Part shown: one piece after another, positions 36,083-40,407 of the stretch
Numbering within the stretch: the stretch's first letter is position 1
Layout: each line of letters starts with the position of its first letter
Sequence record: SRR22947725_1617
Length of the DNA stretch: 40,407 nucleotides
Reading direction: 5' to 3' (one strand)
Position numbers and translations under genes: made by a program
Notes under the pieces: generated by a model
The model's input: the letters and a program-made list of their open reading frames with translations, nothing else
What the model was told of the DNA's origin: nothing
Databases searched by the model: none

Positions 36083-37297
36083 ATGTCTATTCTAAGTGGT
36101 AAAAATATCTTACTTGGAGTTACAGGTGGTATTGCTGCTTATAAATCAACTTACATAGTTAGACTTTTAAAAAAACAAGGAGCACATGTTCAAGTTTTAA
36201 TGACACCTAGTTCAAAGAATTTTGTAACTCCGCTAACTCTTTCAACATTATCGAACAAGCCTGTTATATCAGATTTTTTTGATCAAAACGATGAAAATAA
36301 ACTTTGGAATAATCATGTCGAACTAGCACTTTGGGCAGATATTTTTTTAATAGCTCCAGCTACATCAAATACTTTATCTAAAATGGCTTCTGCAAGAGCT
36401 GATAATCTGCTTCTAGCTACTTATTTATCTTCAAAATGTCCTGTTTATTTTGCTCCAGCTATGGATTTGGATATGCATAAGAATTTAGCTAATCAAGAAA
36501 ATATTCAAAAGCTAATTATTCATGGAAAGATTCATATACCAGTAAATTCCGGATTTTTGGCTAGTGGACTTGAGGGAGAAGGCAGGATGAAAGAACCTGA
36601 GGAGATTGTAAGTTTTATAATTAAAGATATTAGTAAAGGTTTAAAATTATTTAATAAAAAAATATTAATAACTGCAGGTCCAACATATGAGCCGATTGAT
36701 GCTGTTCGTTTTATTGGCAATTTTTCATCTGGAAAAATGGGTTTTTCTTTGGCTAAAACTGCAGCTAATTTGGGTGCTGAAGTTGTATTAATTACAGGTC
36801 CAACTAGTTTGAATATAACTGACGCTAATATTACTGTTATTAATATTGTTTCTGCAGATGAAATGTTTTTAGAAGTTGTAAAACATTTTAGATCATCTGA
36901 TATTTCAATTCTTTCCTCAGCAGTATCAGATTTTAAACCAAAAAAAAGATCTAAAGTTAAAATCAAAAAAAAGAGTGGAAATTTGCTTTCAATCGATTTA
37001 GTTGAGAATAAAGATATTTTGAAACACCTTGGCGAAATTAAATCTAATAAACAAATTCTTGTTGGATTCGCGCTCGAAACAGATAACGAATTTCAGAACG
37101 CTTTATCTAAAATCGAGAATAAAAATTTAGATGCTATAGTATTAAATTCTCTAAACGATAAAGGTGCTGGATTTGGACATGACACCAATAAAGTAACTTT
37201 TATAAATAAAAATGGAAAAATCAAAAAATTCAAATTAAAATCTAAAATTGATGTTTCGAAAGATATTTTTAATGAACTAATTAAAAATTTCTTATGA
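36083..37297 (+). CDS. coaBC: phosphopantothenoylcysteine decarboxylase/ligase
   Basis: GVTGGIAAYK, HVEL, IAPAT, APAMDLDM, ITAGPTYEPIDAVRFIGNFSSGKMG, VGFALET. Confidence 0.96.
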   Translation: MSILSGKNILLGVTGGIAAYKSTYIVRLLKKQGAHVQVLMTPSSKNFVTPLTLSTLSNKPVISDFFDQNDENKLWNNHVELALWADIFLIAPATSNTLSKMASARADNLLLATYLSSKCPVYFAPAMDLDMHKNLANQENIQKLIIHGKIHIPVNSGFLASGLEGEGRMKEPEEIVSFIIKDISKGLKLFNKKILITAGPTYEPIDAVRFIGNFSSGKMGFSLAKTAANLGAEVVLITGPTSLNITDANITVINIVSADEMFLEVVKHFRSSDISILSSAVSDFKPKKRSKVKIKKKSGNLLSIDLVENKDILKHLGEIKSNKQILVGFALETDNEFQNALSKIENKNLDAIVLNSLNDKGAGFGHDTNKVTFINKNGKIKKFKLKSKIDVSKDIFNELIKNFL

Positions 37298-38187
37298 AAA
37301 AAATAACCCTTTTTATATTAATATTTTTATGTCTAAATTTTTCATATTCTCAAGAAATCAACGCTAAGGTTATTGTGAATTCTGAATCTATCAATCAAAC
37401 TAATAGTTCTGTTTTTAAAAATTTAGAAATTTCCTTATCAAATTTTATAAATAATTCAAGTTGGTCAAATGTTAATTATTCTGAATTTGAAAAAGTTAAT
37501 TTAAGTATTTTATTATCAATCACGAGTTATTCAAATAATAGTTATGTAGCAAACATTGAATTTCAAGCCTCAAGGCCTGTATTCAATTCCTCATATTCTA
37601 CTCCTATTTTTAACTATATAGAAAAGAACTTTCAGTTTGACTATCTCGAATTCGAGCCTATTATATATAGAGATAATCAGTTCGATTCAAAAATATCTTC
37701 ATTGTTTGGTTTTTATATAAATATTATAGTAGGAATTGATCACGATTCATTTGTTATTAATTCTGGAAATTATTTTTATGATATTTCTAAGAAGATTTTA
37801 AATTATGCTAACCAAAGTAATGTTCCAGGATGGAATTCTTCTCACAATGGAGGAAAATTTAATAAGTTTTGGCTAATTGAATATTTAACTTCAAATGATT
37901 CTAATGAATTTTCTAATTTTTTGTTTAATTATCATGTAAATGGATTGGATCTAATGCATTCTGATATTTTTTCTGCAAAAAAAAATATTGCTAATTCGAT
38001 TTCATCCTTGAAATCACTTCAGCAAAGAAAACCTAATTCGATTTTGTTAAAAATATTATTTGATTCAAAATCAGATGAAATTAAAGATATTTTTTCTGGA
38101 GGATCATTTTTTGACGTAACTAGTCTAGTTTCAGATTTAAATTATCTTAACCCTTTCTTATCGAACAAATGGAATAGTATAAGATAA
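37294..38187 (+). CDS. DUF4835-family exported protein (linked to type IX secretion, PorD-like)
   Basis: Signal peptide then QEINAKV, ASRPVFNSSYSTPIFNY, YHVNGLD, FDSKSDEI; position between coaBC and recN; PorD link from recall. Confidence 0.7.
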   Translation: MKKITLFILIFLCLNFSYSQEINAKVIVNSESINQTNSSVFKNLEISLSNFINNSSWSNVNYSEFEKVNLSILLSITSYSNNSYVANIEFQASRPVFNSSYSTPIFNYIEKNFQFDYLEFEPIIYRDNQFDSKISSLFGFYINIIVGIDHDSFVINSGNYFYDISKKILNYANQSNVPGWNSSHNGGKFNKFWLIEYLTSNDSNEFSNFLFNYHVNGLDLMHSDIFSAKKNIANSISSLKSLQQRKPNSILLKILFDSKSDEIKDIFSGGSFFDVTSLVSDLNYLNPFLSNKWNSIR

Positions 38188-38219
38188 TTTTATTAATTTA
38201 ATAACTAAATTAAAAAACT

Positions 38220-39872
38220 TTGATAACCAAAATTTTAATTAAAAATTTCACTTTAATTGATAAAGTTGAAATTGATTTTTCAACCGGTTTTACTACTGTA
38301 ACTGGTGATACTGGCTCAGGAAAGTCTATTTTGTTAAGTGCATTATCTTTAATTATTGGTAAAAGAGCCGGTCAAAATTTATTAAAAAATTCTAACTTAA
38401 AATGTGTTTTAGAAGCAGAATTTAATTTATCATGTTTTAATATTAGAAATTTATTTGTTGACAATAATATTGATTATTTTGATCAAGCTATATTAAGAAG
38501 AGAAATTCTTCCTAATGGTAAGTCTAGGTCATTTATTAACGATTCACCTGTAAATTTAGATCTTTTAAAAACCATTGGAGAAAAGCTTCTTGATATACAT
38601 ACCCAGCATCAAACTTTGGCTAATTCTAATAACTCTTTTTTTTATTCACTAATTGATAATTTAGCAGAACAACAGTTAATAGTAAAGAATTTCAATCAAA
38701 CCTTATCCAACTACAGAGAATCAAAGATAGAATTAGATAAATTAAATAGATTAAATACTAGTCTACAAAATGATAACGACTATCTGTTGTATTTATATAA
38801 CGAACTTAGTGATGTTAATTTAGTTTCTGATGAGCAGGATATTATTGAAAATAAATTAAAGCTTTATAAAAATTCTGAAGAACTTAAATCTTCATTTTCT
38901 CAAATTGATCAAATCTTATATAATTCTGAAGATAGTATCGAAAATAAGATATATTCTTTAAATTCAATTTTAAATAATATTTCAAAATTTTCTAAAAATT
39001 TTTCCTCAATTAAAGAACGGATTGATAGTCTATTAATTGAGCTAAATGATATAAAATCTGAATTAAATAACCCATCCTTTGATTTTAATGATGATTATTC
39101 TGAAATTGAAAAACTTGAATCAAGACTTAATATTATCTATTCCTTACAAAAAAAACATTCTGTAAATTCAATAAGTGATTTATTAATTAAACAAAAACAT
39201 CTTAAAAGTAAATTAGATGAATCAGGTACTGTTGAAATTAATATTGATGAACTTGAAAAATCAATCAGAAAGAAAAAAAACTATTTAACAGAAATTTCCA
39301 AGAAAATTTCAATTTCAAGAAAAAAAATAATCCCAAAGCTTAAATTACAATTGGAATCCTTATTACTTGATTTAGGAATGAAAAATGCATCATTTGATTT
39401 TAAAATTTCTGAACTTGATGATTTTAATAGATTTGGATCTGATCAGATAGAAGTTTTGTTTTCTGCTAATAAAGGAATAAAATACGCACCGTTATTTAAA
39501 ATTGCATCAGGGGGTGAACTATCAAGAATTTTGTTGTCAATTAAATCTATTCTCTCCAGTCATTTAAATTTGCCTACTATGATTTTTGATGAAATTGATT
39601 CAGGTGTTTCAGGTGAAATGTCTAATGCCATGGCTAATATGATGCTTGAAATGAGTTCTAAAATGCAAATTATTGCTATTACACACCTTCCTCAAGTAGC
39701 AGCTAAAGGTGACCATCAATTAAAAGTTTACAAATACAATAATATAAGTTCTACATCAACAATGGTAAAGAAGTTAAGTAATAAAGAACGAATAGACGAA
39801 ATTGCTAAAATGCTTGCTGGTGACTTGATGTCTGACTCAGCTGTATTACACGCTAAAGAGTTACTTAATTAA
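38220..39872 (+). CDS. recN: DNA repair protein RecN
   Basis: TGDTGSGKS, DIHTQH, coiled coil, IASGGELSR, IFDEIDSGVSG, ITHLPQVAA; TTG start. Confidence 0.95.
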   Translation: MITKILIKNFTLIDKVEIDFSTGFTTVTGDTGSGKSILLSALSLIIGKRAGQNLLKNSNLKCVLEAEFNLSCFNIRNLFVDNNIDYFDQAILRREILPNGKSRSFINDSPVNLDLLKTIGEKLLDIHTQHQTLANSNNSFFYSLIDNLAEQQLIVKNFNQTLSNYRESKIELDKLNRLNTSLQNDNDYLLYLYNELSDVNLVSDEQDIIENKLKLYKNSEELKSSFSQIDQILYNSEDSIENKIYSLNSILNNISKFSKNFSSIKERIDSLLIELNDIKSELNNPSFDFNDDYSEIEKLESRLNIIYSLQKKHSVNSISDLLIKQKHLKSKLDESGTVEINIDELEKSIRKKKNYLTEISKKISISRKKIIPKLKLQLESLLLDLGMKNASFDFKISELDDFNRFGSDQIEVLFSANKGIKYAPLFKIASGGELSRILLSIKSILSSHLNLPTMIFDEIDSGVSGEMSNAMANMMLEMSSKMQIIAITHLPQVAAKGDHQLKVYKYNNISSTSTMVKKLSNKERIDEIAKMLAGDLMSDSAVLHAKELLN

Positions 39873-39897
39873 TATTATATTTACACAAATTATTTAT

Positions 39898-40407
39898 ATG
39901 TCATACAATTTGTTAAATGGAAAGAAAGGAATAATCTTTGGGGCTTTAGACGAGAACTCAATTGCTTGGAAAACAGCTGAAAGAGTGTTTGAAGAAGGAG
40001 GAGAATTTGTTTTAACCAATGCACCAATTGCACTAAGAATGGGAAATGTTGATCAACTTGCTAAAAAGACAAACTCAAGACTTATTGCAGCTGATGCAAC
40101 TAAAATTGAAGATTTAGAAAGCCTTATTAATGAAACTATGAAAATTTTTGAAGGTAAAATTGATTTTGTCCTTCACTCAATTGGTATGTCTGTCAACGTC
40201 AGAAAGGGAAAACATTACACTGATTTAAATCACGATTGGACTGGTAAAGGTTGGGATGTGTCTGCTGTTTCTTTTCACAAATTATTACAAAGTCTATATA
40301 AACTTGATGCGATGAATGAATGGTCAAGCATTGTTGCTCTTTCATACATGGCTGCTCAAAGAGTATTTCCAAATTACAACGATATGGCAGATAATAAGGC
40401 TTATTTA
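39898..40407 (+). CDS. fabI: enoyl-ACP reductase (partial, runs off window; absent from ORF track)
   Basis: MSYNLLNGKKGIIFGALDENSIAW, DFVLHSIGMS, catalytic YNDMADNK; no stop before the window end. Confidence 0.92.
   Translation, partial: MSYNLLNGKKGIIFGALDENSIAWKTAERVFEEGGEFVLTNAPIALRMGNVDQLAKKTNSRLIAADATKIEDLESLINETMKIFEGKIDFVLHSIGMSVNVRKGKHYTDLNHDWTGKGWDVSAVSFHKLLQSLYKLDAMNEWSSIVALSYMAAQRVFPNYNDMADNKAYL

Noticed and set aside
36532..36966. Minus-strand 144-aa ORF
   Set aside because: Antisense shadow of coaBC
38220..39872. SMC-like ATPase as a defence system component
   Set aside because: Canonical RecN motifs in the usual coaBC-DUF4835-recN-fabI context

Overview
This window is gene-dense, very AT-rich core chromosome from a Bacteroidota bacterium, most likely a streamlined Flavobacteriaceae/Flavobacteriales. 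The evidence is TAnnTTTG -7 promoter elements, no obvious Shine-Dalgarno sites, a Bacteroidota-type omega subunit, a split transketolase, a split 5'-nucleotidase and the bamD-rpoZ-coaBC-DUF4835-recN-fabI cluster. It holds the 5' part of a tRNA and about 38 apparently intact CDSs for translation, replication/repair, envelope biogenesis and central metabolism. Two genes are mis-called or missing in the ORF track: infC starts at ATA and is 183 aa, and fabI runs off the right edge. I found no integrase, transposase, phage gene, CRISPR array, defence system or clear pseudogene, so I cannot support a large new system here. The best leads are small: (i) an unannotated lytic-transglycosylase-like protein after mltG with a 25-bp palindrome over its promoter; (ii) a TonB receptor-DUF4249-murQ-small membrane protein run that may scavenge peptidoglycan sugars; (iii) structured RNAs ahead of rplT and rplS; (iv) three genes (dnaB, trmD, bamD) with -7 element-N4-ATG geometry that suggests leaderless mRNAs; (v) tandem operator-like repeats upstream of degP and dnaB; (vi) a TGT lacking its zinc-binding cysteines. 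All family calls come from reading motifs by eye; no database search was run.
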